Assembly: GCA_024707225.1 (NCBI GenBank)
Contig: JANQAE010000001.1
Span: 1,793,387 to 1,857,386, forward strand
Length of the DNA: 64,000 bases
Reading direction: 5' to 3'
From: Dokdonella sp.
GTDB taxonomy: Bacteria; Pseudomonadota; Gammaproteobacteria; Xanthomonadales; Rhodanobacteraceae
Part shown: one piece after another, positions 19,078-28,566 of the stretch
How the letters are laid out: the number at the start of each line of letters is the position of its first letter
Numbering within the stretch: position 1 is the stretch's first letter
Made by a program: the position numbers and the translations under genes
The notes under the pieces: generated by a model
Database searches by the model: none
Told to the model about the DNA's origin: nothing
Seen by the model: the letters and a program-made list of their open reading frames with translations, nothing else

Positions 19078-20790
19078 ATGGCATCGCGCAGTCCGTACCG
19101 TCGCGCCCTCGCAGCGCTGGCCGTCGTGTTGAGCCCGCTCGTGGCCGCTGCGCAAGGCATCACGATCGATCTGTCCTACGTCAACACGCAATCGGCGGCG
19201 TATACGCGCTTCAAGAACTACGTCGACGCCGCCGTCAACGGCAATCCCGCCTACGGCTTCAGTGCGACCGACGCGGTCTACATGCACCGCCTGACCGGCC
19301 AGCCGCAGTACTGCAACCTCGCCGTGCAGATGAGCCAGGCCCAGGTCGACGCCGCCAACAGCGCGATCGCCGGCGGCCAGCGCCCGGCCGTCGCCAGCGA
19401 CTCCTATCTGCAGGCCGGTCCGATGCTGATGGACCTGGCGATCACCTGGGACTGGTGCCGCAGCTTCGTCAGCGACGGCCAGCGCGCGCAATGGGGCGCC
19501 TACGCCGAACAGGCGGTCTGGAACATCTGGAACCCGAGCCAGGCGCAGTGGGGCGGCCGTCCGTTCGCGTGGTCCGGCTGGGGCACCAACGACCCGGCCA
19601 ACAACTATTTCTACAGTTTCCTGCAGGCCACGATGTACTGGGCGCTGGCCAGCGACAGCACGACCTGGAAGGCCTGGATCCAGAACAACAAGCTGCCGAC
19701 GCTCGAAGCCTATTTCGCGAACCTGCCCGGCGGCGGCAGCCAGGAAGGCACCGGCTACGGCCTGTCGCATCGCACCGTGTTCGCGCTGTACCGGCTCTGG
19801 CGTGACTCGACCGGCACCGACCCGGCCAATGCGAACAGCCACCTGTCCGACACGGTCGCCTACTGGACCCACGCCACGGTGCCCACGCGCGACCGCTACG
19901 CGCCGATCGGCGACCAGGCGCGCACCTCGCAGCCGGAGCTCTACGACTATCACCGCCAGCTGATGCTCGAGGCGCGCAGCAACACCGCCAATGCCGAGAT
20001 GCGCAGCCTCGCCTCGTGGTGGCTCAACGGCATCTCGGTCCAGCAGATGATCAACAGCTTCAATTACCGCCACGATCTGCTGCAGGCCGGTGCGACCACG
20101 GCGGCGCCGTCGAACCTGATCTACCACGCGACCGGCGTCGGCCAGATGTTCGCGCGGACCGGCTGGGACACCGGCGCGATGTGGATGTCGTTCGTCGCCG
20201 GCCCGTACGTGCAGAGCCACGCGCATCAGGACCAGGGCTCGTTCACGCTGTACGAGAACGGCTGGCTCGCGGTCACCGAGAACATCTGGACGTCCAGCGG
20301 CATCCAGCAGGGCACCGACGTGCACAACGTGCTGCGTTTCGTGCGCAACGGCACGACGATAGGCCAGCGCGAGCCGACGACCTCGCACATGACGGTGACG
20401 CCGACCGGCGGCAACGGCGCGTTCACCGCCAGCGCGGACCTGACGCCGGCCTACGGCGGCAATGCGGCGATCCAGTCCTGGCAGCGCAGCATCGAATTCG
20501 GAGGCCGCCGCCTGCTGGTGCAGGACAGCTATCAGGTCAGCGCCGACACGCAGGCGATCTTCCAGGTCAACGTGCCGGTGCAGCCGGTCATCAACGGCCG
20601 CAGCGTGACCGCCGGCCGGCTCACGATCAACGTGCTGCAGCCGGCCGACGCGACGATCAGCGCGATCGACTGGCGCAGCGCCGGCAGCGATTTCCGCTCC
20701 GGCTGGCGCATCGACGTGCGCGGCAGCGGCGGCAGCTACGTGGTCGAGTTCAAGACCAGCGAAGACCTGTTCAAGAACGGCTTCGACTGA
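19078..20790 (+). CDS. Secreted heparinase II/III-like polysaccharide lyase, paralogue 1, with C-terminal EDLFKNGFD tail
   Basis: Signal peptide; NNY, GGSQEGTGY, PIGD and SHAHQDQGSF motifs; GAGAGGA RBS before ATG 19078. Confidence 0.72.
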   Translation: MASRSPYRRALAALAVVLSPLVAAAQGITIDLSYVNTQSAAYTRFKNYVDAAVNGNPAYGFSATDAVYMHRLTGQPQYCNLAVQMSQAQVDAANSAIAGGQRPAVASDSYLQAGPMLMDLAITWDWCRSFVSDGQRAQWGAYAEQAVWNIWNPSQAQWGGRPFAWSGWGTNDPANNYFYSFLQATMYWALASDSTTWKAWIQNNKLPTLEAYFANLPGGGSQEGTGYGLSHRTVFALYRLWRDSTGTDPANANSHLSDTVAYWTHATVPTRDRYAPIGDQARTSQPELYDYHRQLMLEARSNTANAEMRSLASWWLNGISVQQMINSFNYRHDLLQAGATTAAPSNLIYHATGVGQMFARTGWDTGAMWMSFVAGPYVQSHAHQDQGSFTLYENGWLAVTENIWTSSGIQQGTDVHNVLRFVRNGTTIGQREPTTSHMTVTPTGGNGAFTASADLTPAYGGNAAIQSWQRSIEFGGRRLLVQDSYQVSADTQAIFQVNVPVQPVINGRSVTAGRLTINVLQPADATISAIDWRSAGSDFRSGWRIDVRGSGGSYVVEFKTSEDLFKNGFD

Positions 20791-21225
20791 GTCCTCGCCC
20801 GGCGCAGGCGCGGCGCGCGATGCGGCGCGTCCGTCTTGCCGAGCGTCGTCAGGCGCCCACCTCGCGCAGCGAAGATCCCCCTGACGGCCGTGCTCGCGGA
20901 CGCGAGCCGTCGGCGTTCGCGTCCGGCCAGCGAACCTGCAACGGGCCCGATGGGTCCGGCGGAGCATGCCGGCGCGCTCCGCAGCTGCGTCGATTTCGCC
21001 GATGGCCGTCGGCACCGGACCGGCGCCACAGGAAAATCCCCGCGACCCATTCGGACAGGCCAGCCGCAGCGTCTTCGTGCCTGGACATCCGCCCGCGCAG
21101 CGCTCCCGGTCCGCGAAAGCACCGCGCGGCACCCTCAGCGGCACGCAGCGCCCGCGAGCTGAGAGCTTCGGGCCGATCCGCGACGGTCCGGGCCGACCAT
21201 GCGGCGCCGGACGCGCGTCGATCCT

Positions 21226-22959
21226 TCAGCCGCCGCCGTCGATCTCGACACGGAACTCGCCCGATCCGGCCTCGGCGGCTCCCGTCTCGACGTCGATGCG
21301 CCAGCCGGAGCGGAACTCGCCTGCGTCGGTGCTGCGCCAGTCGTGCACGCCGAGCCGGGCCGATTCGGGTGACAGCACGCGCAGGCGCAGCGCACCGGCC
21401 CGTGCCTCGCGGCCGTCGACGACCGGCTGCTGCGGCACGTCGAGCTGGAATACCGCGCGCGTGCCGGCGGCCACCGCATAGCGGTCGACCACCTGCAGGC
21501 GGCCGTCCGCCGCGAAGCGCAGCTCGCGCGTCCAGGCCCGCACCGCGCTGCCGCCGCCGTAGGCCGGCGCCAGATCGGCGCGGACGATCAGCGCACCGTC
21601 GGGCGCATGCTCGACCTGCATCGTCGAGGTCGTGCCTTCGCGCTGCGGCAGCACCGCGCCGTCGCGCTCGAAGCGCAGCACGTTGTGCACGTCGGTGCCC
21701 TGCTGGATGCCGCTGCGCGTCCAGATGTTCTCGGTCACCGCGAGCCAGCCACCGCGGTACAGCATGAAACCGCCCTGGTCCTGATGCGCGTGGCTCTCGC
21801 TGTACGGCCCGGCCGTGAACGCGAGCCAGGTCGCGTCGCGGTTCCAGCCGGTCCGCGCGAACACGCGGCCGGTGCCGCTCGCGACGTAGTCGCGCTCGGC
21901 CGGCGCGTGGCCGCCGCTGCCGGCCGGCAGCAGGTCGTAGCGCGCATTGAAGCCGTGGGTCATGCGCTGCAGCGGAATCTTCGACAGCCACCAGCTCGCC
22001 AGATCGCGCACGGCGGCGTCGCGCGTCAGCGCACGCGCTTCGAGCATCAGCCGCCGCTGGTAGTCGTAGATCTCCGGCTGCGACACGCGCGCCTGGTCGC
22101 CGAGCGGCGCGAACTGCGTGAAGTCCGGCACCGTCGCATGCACCCAGAAGCGGATCGTGTCGTCGAGATGGCCGTTCGCGGCGGCCAGATCCTCGCCAGT
22201 CGAATCGCGCCAGAGCCGGTACAGCGCGAACAGCCGCATCTGCGCGGTGCCGTAGCCGGTGCCTTCGCGGCTGCCGCCGCCCGGCAGCGCCGCGACGTAG
22301 GCGGTCAGCGCCGGCAGCAGGCGTTCGCGCAGCCGCGCGAGCCAGGCCGCATCGTCGGCGGCCAGCGCCCAGCTCATCGTCGCCTCGAGAAAGCTGTAGT
22401 GGTAGTTGTTGCCGGGGTTGTCGGTGCCCCAGCCCGACCACGGATACGCGCGATCGCCCCAGCGCGCCGCCGGCGGATCCCAGATGTTGGCGAGCGTGCG
22501 CTCGGCATAGGCGCGCCAGCGCGCGCGCTGCGCCTCGCCGGTGAACGCCGCGCAGACCTCGTAGCCGAGCGCGAGCGCTCCGATCATCGGGCCGGCTTCG
22601 AGATACGAATCGCCGGCGACCGCCGGCCGCTCGCCGGCCGCGATCGCGGCTTCGGCGGCGGCGACCTGACGATCGATCTCGCCGACCGCGAACTCGCAGT
22701 AGTGCTGCTTCCCGCTGATGCGGTACAGATAGACCGCATCGGCCGGCGAGAAGCCGTAGCCGGGCCGGCCGGCGACCGCCGCGTCGACCCAGTCGCGAAA
22801 GCGCCTGTAGGCCGGCGAGCCGGTGTCGACGTAGCTCAGGTCCAGCTTGATCGCTGCGTTCGCCGGTGGCGGCGGCATCGCGAGCGACAGCAGCGCCGCC
22901 AGTGCGGCCGCGATCGTGCGCGCCCTGCCGCGGCTGCCGTCGCGGCTGCGCTCAGCCAT
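21226..22959 (-). CDS. Heparinase II/III-like polysaccharide lyase, paralogue 2 (no tail)
   Basis: Signal peptide; aligns end to end with paralogue 1 (NNY, GGSREGTGY, PLGD, SHAHQDQGGF); ends EFRVEIDGGG. Confidence 0.72.
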   Translation of the reverse strand: MAERSRDGSRGRARTIAAALAALLSLAMPPPPANAAIKLDLSYVDTGSPAYRRFRDWVDAAVAGRPGYGFSPADAVYLYRISGKQHYCEFAVGEIDRQVAAAEAAIAAGERPAVAGDSYLEAGPMIGALALGYEVCAAFTGEAQRARWRAYAERTLANIWDPPAARWGDRAYPWSGWGTDNPGNNYHYSFLEATMSWALAADDAAWLARLRERLLPALTAYVAALPGGGSREGTGYGTAQMRLFALYRLWRDSTGEDLAAANGHLDDTIRFWVHATVPDFTQFAPLGDQARVSQPEIYDYQRRLMLEARALTRDAAVRDLASWWLSKIPLQRMTHGFNARYDLLPAGSGGHAPAERDYVASGTGRVFARTGWNRDATWLAFTAGPYSESHAHQDQGGFMLYRGGWLAVTENIWTRSGIQQGTDVHNVLRFERDGAVLPQREGTTSTMQVEHAPDGALIVRADLAPAYGGGSAVRAWTRELRFAADGRLQVVDRYAVAAGTRAVFQLDVPQQPVVDGREARAGALRLRVLSPESARLGVHDWRSTDAGEFRSGWRIDVETGAAEAGSGEFRVEIDGGG

Positions 22960-23932
22960 AGCGCGGCGCGCGCTCCCAGGCCAGCGCGCTGTCCACGATC
23001 GCGTCGAGATCGTCGTGGCGCGGCTGCCAGCCGAACAGGCGCTTGAGCGCGTCGCTGCGCGCGATCAGCACCGGCGGATCGCCGGCGCGGCGCGGCTGGT
23101 CGACGATGTTCAGCCGATGCCCGGCCGCGCGCTCGACCGCGTCGATCACCTCGCGCACGCTGTAGCCGTGCCCGTAGCCGCAGTTGAGCGTGACCGAGTC
23201 GCCGCCGCCACGCAGATGGTCGAGCGCGCGGATGTGCGCATCGGCCAGATCCTCGACATGGATGTAGTCGCGGATGCAGGTGCCGTCCGGCGTCGCGTAG
23301 TCGGTGCCGAACACGGCCAGCTGGGCGCGCTTGCCGAGCGCCTGCTCACAGGCCACCTTGATCAGCAGCGTCGCCTTCGGCGTCGACTGGCCGACGCGGC
23401 CGAGCGGATCGCAGCCGGCGACGTTGAAGTAGCGCAGGATCACGTGACGCAGCGGCGTCGCGGCGCTGAGGTCGCGCAGCATCGTCTCGCTCATCAGCTT
23501 GGAGCTGCCGTACGGATTGATCGGCCGCGTCGGCGTGTCCTCGTCGGCCTCGCCCGAGGCCGGCATGCCGTAGACCGCCGCGGTCGACGAGAACACGAAG
23601 TGGCGCACGCCGGCCGCCTGGCAGCAGGCCAGCAGGCTGCGTGTCGCGCAGGTGTTGTTGCCGTAGTACTTGAGCGGATCGGCCACCGACTCGGGCACGA
23701 CCGTATGCGCGGCGAAGTGCATGACGGTGTCGATCGCGTGCTCGGCCAGCACCGCGGCGACGAGGTCGCGGTCGCCGACATCGCCGAGCACGAAGCTGCC
23801 GCCGGTCACCGCCTCGCGAAAGCCGCTGACCAGGTTGTCGAGCACGACGACGCGCTCGCCGCGTGCGAGCAGCTGCTGCACGACATGGCTGCCGATATAG
23901 CCGGCGCCGCCGGTGACCAGGATTGCACTCAT
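22952..23932 (-). CDS. galE: UDP-glucose 4-epimerase
   Basis: ILVTGGAGYIGSH, HFAAHTVVPES, FSSTAAVYG, PYGSSK, LRYFNVAG, DGTCIRDYIHVEDLA. Confidence 0.95.
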   Translation of the reverse strand: MSAILVTGGAGYIGSHVVQQLLARGERVVVLDNLVSGFREAVTGGSFVLGDVGDRDLVAAVLAEHAIDTVMHFAAHTVVPESVADPLKYYGNNTCATRSLLACCQAAGVRHFVFSSTAAVYGMPASGEADEDTPTRPINPYGSSKLMSETMLRDLSAATPLRHVILRYFNVAGCDPLGRVGQSTPKATLLIKVACEQALGKRAQLAVFGTDYATPDGTCIRDYIHVEDLADAHIRALDHLRGGGDSVTLNCGYGHGYSVREVIDAVERAAGHRLNIVDQPRRAGDPPVLIARSDALKRLFGWQPRHDDLDAIVDSALAWERAPRYG

Positions 23933-24169
23933 GTCCAGCTCCCAAGGAATCGTCGCGACCGCACGCGATCGCGCCGCGGCCGTCTCGTGTCGTATCGAGC
24001 GCATGGCCGGTCCGGCGCGGCGACGGCCGGGCCGCCCGCCCGGATGCGGCCGCCGTGTCGGGCGCGCGCGAGGTGCGTGCCGGGCGGTCGACGCACGACG
24101 TCCGCGCAGCAGGGCCGCTGCGGGAACTTGCGCGCACGATGCCGCGACACGGGACTTCGCATGACGGGC

Positions 24170-25456
24170 TCAGCGCGTGTACGAGACGCGCAGATAGGCT
24201 TGATTGTCGGTGAAATTGACGCCGTCGCCGGTGCTGTCACGCTCGCCGCGCAGCAGGTCCAGCCGCCACGCCCAGTGGCGCGTCCACTGCTGGGTCACGA
24301 AGACGCCGTAGCGGGTGTCGTCGTCGCGGCGGTCCAGACCGAGATAGTTGCGCCGTTCGGCCGACATCACGAAGCCACCGCGCAGCTGCGGCCGCAGCCG
24401 GTAGCTGATCTCGCCGTTGACGCCGCCGCCGCGCTGGTCGACGCCGCGCGTGTCCTGCCCGTAGTCGAGCTTGCGCCAGTACGGCACCACGTGCAGGCCG
24501 AGCCGCTCGCCGGTATAGGCGTAGCCGAGGTCGACGCGCTCCTCCAGATACACGCCCGAGTCGATCGAGACGTCGCCGATCACGATGCCGGTGCCGCCGG
24601 TGCCGATCGCGCCGGGGTCGGCCATCATGTCGGTCGCCGCGTCCGAATACTGGCGCATCAGCGTCAGATTGAACGTGCTGCGCGCGCTCGGCCGCCAGCC
24701 GAGCGTCGCGCGGGCGAGCAGGCCGGAGCGGTCGTCGCGGTTGCGATAGTCGAAGCGCGAGTAGCCGAGCACCGCGTCCAGATCGAGCACGGCCAGATGG
24801 CTGGTGTAGCGCGCGAACAGGTCGTAGCGCGTGTAGCGCTCGATGCCGTCCTCGTCGAAGTCGACGCGCTCGGTCTGCAGATTGGCCGAGACCTCGCTGG
24901 TGCTGCTGAGGTCGTGGAACACGCGCAGCGCGCCGAGCAGGCGCCGCGAGTTGAACTCGGCGGTCTCCTCGGCATAGCTGTCGACGTAGCGCAGTTCGGC
25001 CTGCCCGCGCAGCACCGGATTGAGCCGGAAGCGGAACGTCGGACCGGTCGCGAAGACGTTGGTCTGCTGCAGATTGGTCGGCGTGTCGGCCTGCAGCACG
25101 TTGATCGGTTGCAGGCCGAGCGCGTCCTGGAACGTCCAGGTCAGCCGCTCCGGCAGCAGCGTCCAGTTGACGATGCCGTCGAGCTGGCCGCGGAACTCGT
25201 CGTCGAACGCATTGCCGAGGTAGTTGCGGTACTCGGCGACGCCGCGCACCAGCGCCTGTACCGTCGCGCCCTGCTGCGACAGCGTGAAGTTGATGCCCGG
25301 AATCGCCACGTTCTGGCTGACCGGATCGTCCTGGCTCAGATTGATGTTGTCGCTGTGCAGCAGGCCCAGCTCGAGCGTGTAGTCCAGCTGCACCGCCCCG
25401 GCCGGCGCCGCCAGCACCGCCAGCATCCCGGCGGCCAATCGGTTCAGACGCATCAT
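24170..25456 (-). CDS. EPS-locus outer-membrane beta-barrel protein
   Basis: Signal peptide; alternating amphipathic beta-strand pattern throughout; ends YLRVSYTR; directly downstream of the OPX-Wzz-kinase genes. Confidence 0.78.
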   Translation of the reverse strand: MMRLNRLAAGMLAVLAAPAGAVQLDYTLELGLLHSDNINLSQDDPVSQNVAIPGINFTLSQQGATVQALVRGVAEYRNYLGNAFDDEFRGQLDGIVNWTLLPERLTWTFQDALGLQPINVLQADTPTNLQQTNVFATGPTFRFRLNPVLRGQAELRYVDSYAEETAEFNSRRLLGALRVFHDLSSTSEVSANLQTERVDFDEDGIERYTRYDLFARYTSHLAVLDLDAVLGYSRFDYRNRDDRSGLLARATLGWRPSARSTFNLTLMRQYSDAATDMMADPGAIGTGGTGIVIGDVSIDSGVYLEERVDLGYAYTGERLGLHVVPYWRKLDYGQDTRGVDQRGGGVNGEISYRLRPQLRGGFVMSAERRNYLGLDRRDDDTRYGVFVTQQWTRHWAWRLDLLRGERDSTGDGVNFTDNQAYLRVSYTR

Positions 25457-25556
25457 GTGATCGCTCCCTTGCCGCACCGCGCCGGTCGCGCCGAGCCGCG
25501 CTTCCGGCCGCCCGCACCGGCCGCGGCCGGTACGCCCCGCCCGCATCGCACGCCGC

Positions 25557-26333
25557 TCACGGCGGATGATTGAAGACGATGCCGGCCAGCTTGTTCGGAT
25601 CGAAGCCGGCCACCGCCTGTGCGATCGCCTTCGGCGACTCGCGGCCGTAGCCGACCACCAGCACGACGAAATCGGCCAGGTCCGCCAGGATGCGCGCATC
25701 CGGAGAACCCTTCACGGCCGGCCCGTCGAGGAACAGGTAGCGGTCCGGATAGCGGCTGCGCAGCGAATCGATCAGCGCGCGCATGCGGAACGATGAGAAG
25801 TACTCCGCGCCCATCTCGCGCGACTTGCCGGTCGGGATCAGACGCAGGCGCGGCACGCCGGTCGGATAGAACGCCTTCTCGATGCCCTGCGAGGGATGCT
25901 CGAGATAGTCGATCAGGCCGCCGTCCTTCGGATCGATGCCGAGCGTCTTGTGCTGGCTCGGATGGCGCAGGTTGCAGTCGATCAGCAGCGCGGTCTTGGC
26001 CTCGTCGAACGCGAACGCCGCGGCCAGGTTGCGTGCGACGAAACTGCCGCCCGAGCCCGGCCCGATCGGCGCGACCATCGTGACGAAGTTGTGCTCGCCG
26101 CCCATCGCGAGCAGCTTGGTGCGGATCTCGCGGAACGCGTCGGCCTGCTGGCGCGCGCCCTCGCGGTGGATCAGGCGCCGCTCCTCGAGCTGGCGCGGCG
26201 CGAGCAGCGCGGTCTCGCCCATGCGCGCGATCGAGCGGCTCGCCGAGGCACGCTGCGCGAGGCCGCCGGTGCCGGTCGGTGGCGCATCGCCGACGCGGTC
26301 GGGCAGCGACTTGTCCGGTTCGTTCTGAGTCAT
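25557..26333 (-). CDS. CpsD/CapB-type BY-kinase homologue with degenerate P-loop
   Basis: DAFREIRTKLL, P-loop region APIGPGSGGSF, LLIDCNLRHP, LFLDGP, VVLVV...LAGIVFN. Confidence 0.82.
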   Translation of the reverse strand: MTQNEPDKSLPDRVGDAPPTGTGGLAQRASASRSIARMGETALLAPRQLEERRLIHREGARQQADAFREIRTKLLAMGGEHNFVTMVAPIGPGSGGSFVARNLAAAFAFDEAKTALLIDCNLRHPSQHKTLGIDPKDGGLIDYLEHPSQGIEKAFYPTGVPRLRLIPTGKSREMGAEYFSSFRMRALIDSLRSRYPDRYLFLDGPAVKGSPDARILADLADFVVLVVGYGRESPKAIAQAVAGFDPNKLAGIVFNHPP

Positions 26334-27889
26334 ATCGCCTTCGCCAGTCGCAGCCAGAACAGCAGCGCGTATGCCGCGACCACGCCGAGCACGATCAGCA
26401 CCGTCAGCATCGTGCGGAAGCGGGCGCGCAGGCGGTCGCGCGAGGTGGTGTAGGTCGGCACGCTCGCCAGCACCGGCACGCCGGCGACCTGCTCGAGCCG
26501 CTCGGCGGTGCGGATGCGCGGATCGAACTGCGCGAGCAGGAACAGCAGCGCCAGCGGGACCACCAGACCCAGGCCGATGCCGGCCATGCCGAAATGCGCG
26601 AAGCGCAGGCCGATCGGCTGCACCGGCAGCAGCGCCGGCTCCTGGATCCGGAACGACAGGCCGCGCTTCTCGGCGTCGAGGTTCATCGACACGCGCGCGT
26701 TCTCGCGCCGGCGCAGCAGGTCCTGGTAGATGTCGCGGTTGACCTCGTAGTCGCGCGTCAGCTCGGCCAGCACGTTCTCGGAGTTGGCGATGCGGCGGCT
26801 GCGGTCGAGCTCGGCGGTCAGCATCGTGCTGCTGGCGTTGTAGCGCGACTCGATCGCGGCGATGTTGCGGCGCGTCTCGGCGAGGCGGCTCTTGAGCTCC
26901 TGGTAGAGCGGATTGAACTGCGCGTTCTCGTCGGTCGGCGCCATCGGGCTGCCGAGCGCGCGGCGCCGCTCGGACGCGGCCTGCTCGAGGCGGATCGCCT
27001 CCTGCAGGTCGGCCATCTGATGGCGCACGCGGACCACGTCCGGATGCTGGTCGGTGTAGTTCAGCAGCAGGCGGTCCAGCTGGGTCTGCAGCTCGACCAG
27101 TTGCAGGCGGTACTGCGACTCGCGCGTCTGCACCGCGCTGACGTCCGACTCGCCCGACAGCTGCGAGACCAGGGCCGACTCGCGCGAGCGCAGCTCCATG
27201 ATCTCCATGCTGGCGGTATCGGCCTGGCGGCGCAGCTCGCTGATGCGCGCGTTGACGTCGGTCTCGGTGCCGGGCCGCGCGTCGGGATTCTTGTTGCGAT
27301 ACTCCATCAGCTTGGCTTCGGCGTCGGTCAGCTTGGAGTGATACTCCTGCACCTGGCTGTCGACGAAGTTGTAGGCCTCGCGGCTCTCGCGCTCCTTGGC
27401 TTCCAGGCTCTCGTTGATGAAGAGCTCGCCCATGCTGCTGGCGACCTTGAACGCGCGCTCCGGATCCGAATCCATGTAGCTGATGCGGATCAGGTTCTCG
27501 CGCGGGCTGGCGATGCGGGTCGCGCTCTTGATCTCCTCGATGCGCCGCTCCTGCTCGATCGCGCTCGGATTGTCGGCCAGCCAGCCGCCGAGCTGCAGCA
27601 CCTCGTTCATGACCTTGCGGCCGAACACGACCTCGCGCGCGATCGCCGCGCGGTCGCCGACGCCGGTCGGCACCGCGCGGCCTTCCATCAGCGGCTGGAT
27701 GATGTTGGTTTCCTGGACCAGGATCGTCGAGGCGGACTCGTACTTCTTCTTCCACATCACGCCGAGCACGAGCGCGGCCAGCGCGATCACGGCGAAGGTC
27801 ACGGCCAGCGCGACGCGGCGGCGCCAGGCCTCGCGCCCCATGACCGGCAGCAGCGAGGCGAGCGACGGGATCTGATCGTTCATGGGCAT
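26330..27889 (-). CDS. Polysaccharide co-polymerase / chain-length determinant (XrtA-system Wzz/GumC type)
   Basis: Two TMs flank a long coiled-coil periplasmic region; YESASTILV, HPDV, LTRDYEVNRDIYQDLL, IQEPALLP. Confidence 0.9.
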   Translation of the reverse strand: MPMNDQIPSLASLLPVMGREAWRRRVALAVTFAVIALAALVLGVMWKKKYESASTILVQETNIIQPLMEGRAVPTGVGDRAAIAREVVFGRKVMNEVLQLGGWLADNPSAIEQERRIEEIKSATRIASPRENLIRISYMDSDPERAFKVASSMGELFINESLEAKERESREAYNFVDSQVQEYHSKLTDAEAKLMEYRNKNPDARPGTETDVNARISELRRQADTASMEIMELRSRESALVSQLSGESDVSAVQTRESQYRLQLVELQTQLDRLLLNYTDQHPDVVRVRHQMADLQEAIRLEQAASERRRALGSPMAPTDENAQFNPLYQELKSRLAETRRNIAAIESRYNASSTMLTAELDRSRRIANSENVLAELTRDYEVNRDIYQDLLRRRENARVSMNLDAEKRGLSFRIQEPALLPVQPIGLRFAHFGMAGIGLGLVVPLALLFLLAQFDPRIRTAERLEQVAGVPVLASVPTYTTSRDRLRARFRTMLTVLIVLGVVAAYALLFWLRLAKAI

Positions 27890-27898
27890 GGCGCCGCG

Positions 27899-28516
27899 TC
27901 AGAACGCCCGTTCGGGCACGGTGACGACGTCACCGGCCTGGACCGGCAGATTGGTCGACAGGTCGCCCTTCTTGAGGATGCGGTCGAGCTTGATCGGGAA
28001 GGTCTTCACGCTGTCGCCTTCCTTGCGGTACAGGCGCGTGTTGTCGGCCGACGCGAACTCGTTGGTGCCGCCGGCGGCCAGCACCGCGTCGAGCACGCTC
28101 ATGCCCTGCCGGTACGGCAGCGACACCGGCTGGCGCACCGCGCCGGTCACGCGCACGCGCGCCAGGTATTCGTGGCTGCGCAGCTCGGTCAGGATCACCG
28201 CCACCTGCGGATCGCGCACGTAGGTCGACAGCTTGCCCTTGATGTCCTCGGCCACGTCCTGCGGATGGCGGCCGCCGGCATCGACGTCGCCGATCAGCGG
28301 AACGGAGATCTTGCCGTCCGGCCGCACCGGCACCGAGACGCTGAGGTCCGGATTGCGCCACACCGATACCTGCACCACGTCGTCCACGCCGATCCGGTAG
28401 GTCTCCACCGGCGGCGGCACCGCCTGCACTTCCGGCAACGCGTCCTGGGCCATCGCAGGGAGCGCCGCGACCAGCAGCACGACGGCCATTCCAAGCCGAC
28501 TCATCCACGCTTTCAT
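27899..28516 (-). CDS. Short OPX/Wza-family polysaccharide export protein (PES + one SLBB domain)
   Basis: YRIGVDDVVQVSVWRNPDLS...VRPDGKISVPLIGD...VTGAV...GGTNEFA; only 205 aa; signal peptide has no lipobox Cys. Confidence 0.92.
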   Translation of the reverse strand: MKAWMSRLGMAVVLLVAALPAMAQDALPEVQAVPPPVETYRIGVDDVVQVSVWRNPDLSVSVPVRPDGKISVPLIGDVDAGGRHPQDVAEDIKGKLSTYVRDPQVAVILTELRSHEYLARVRVTGAVRQPVSLPYRQGMSVLDAVLAAGGTNEFASADNTRLYRKEGDSVKTFPIKLDRILKKGDLSTNLPVQAGDVVTVPERAF

Positions 28517-28566
28517 CGAACATCCCCTCTCGCGAGTGAAGAAGAGTAACCCAGCCGAGCCACAAC

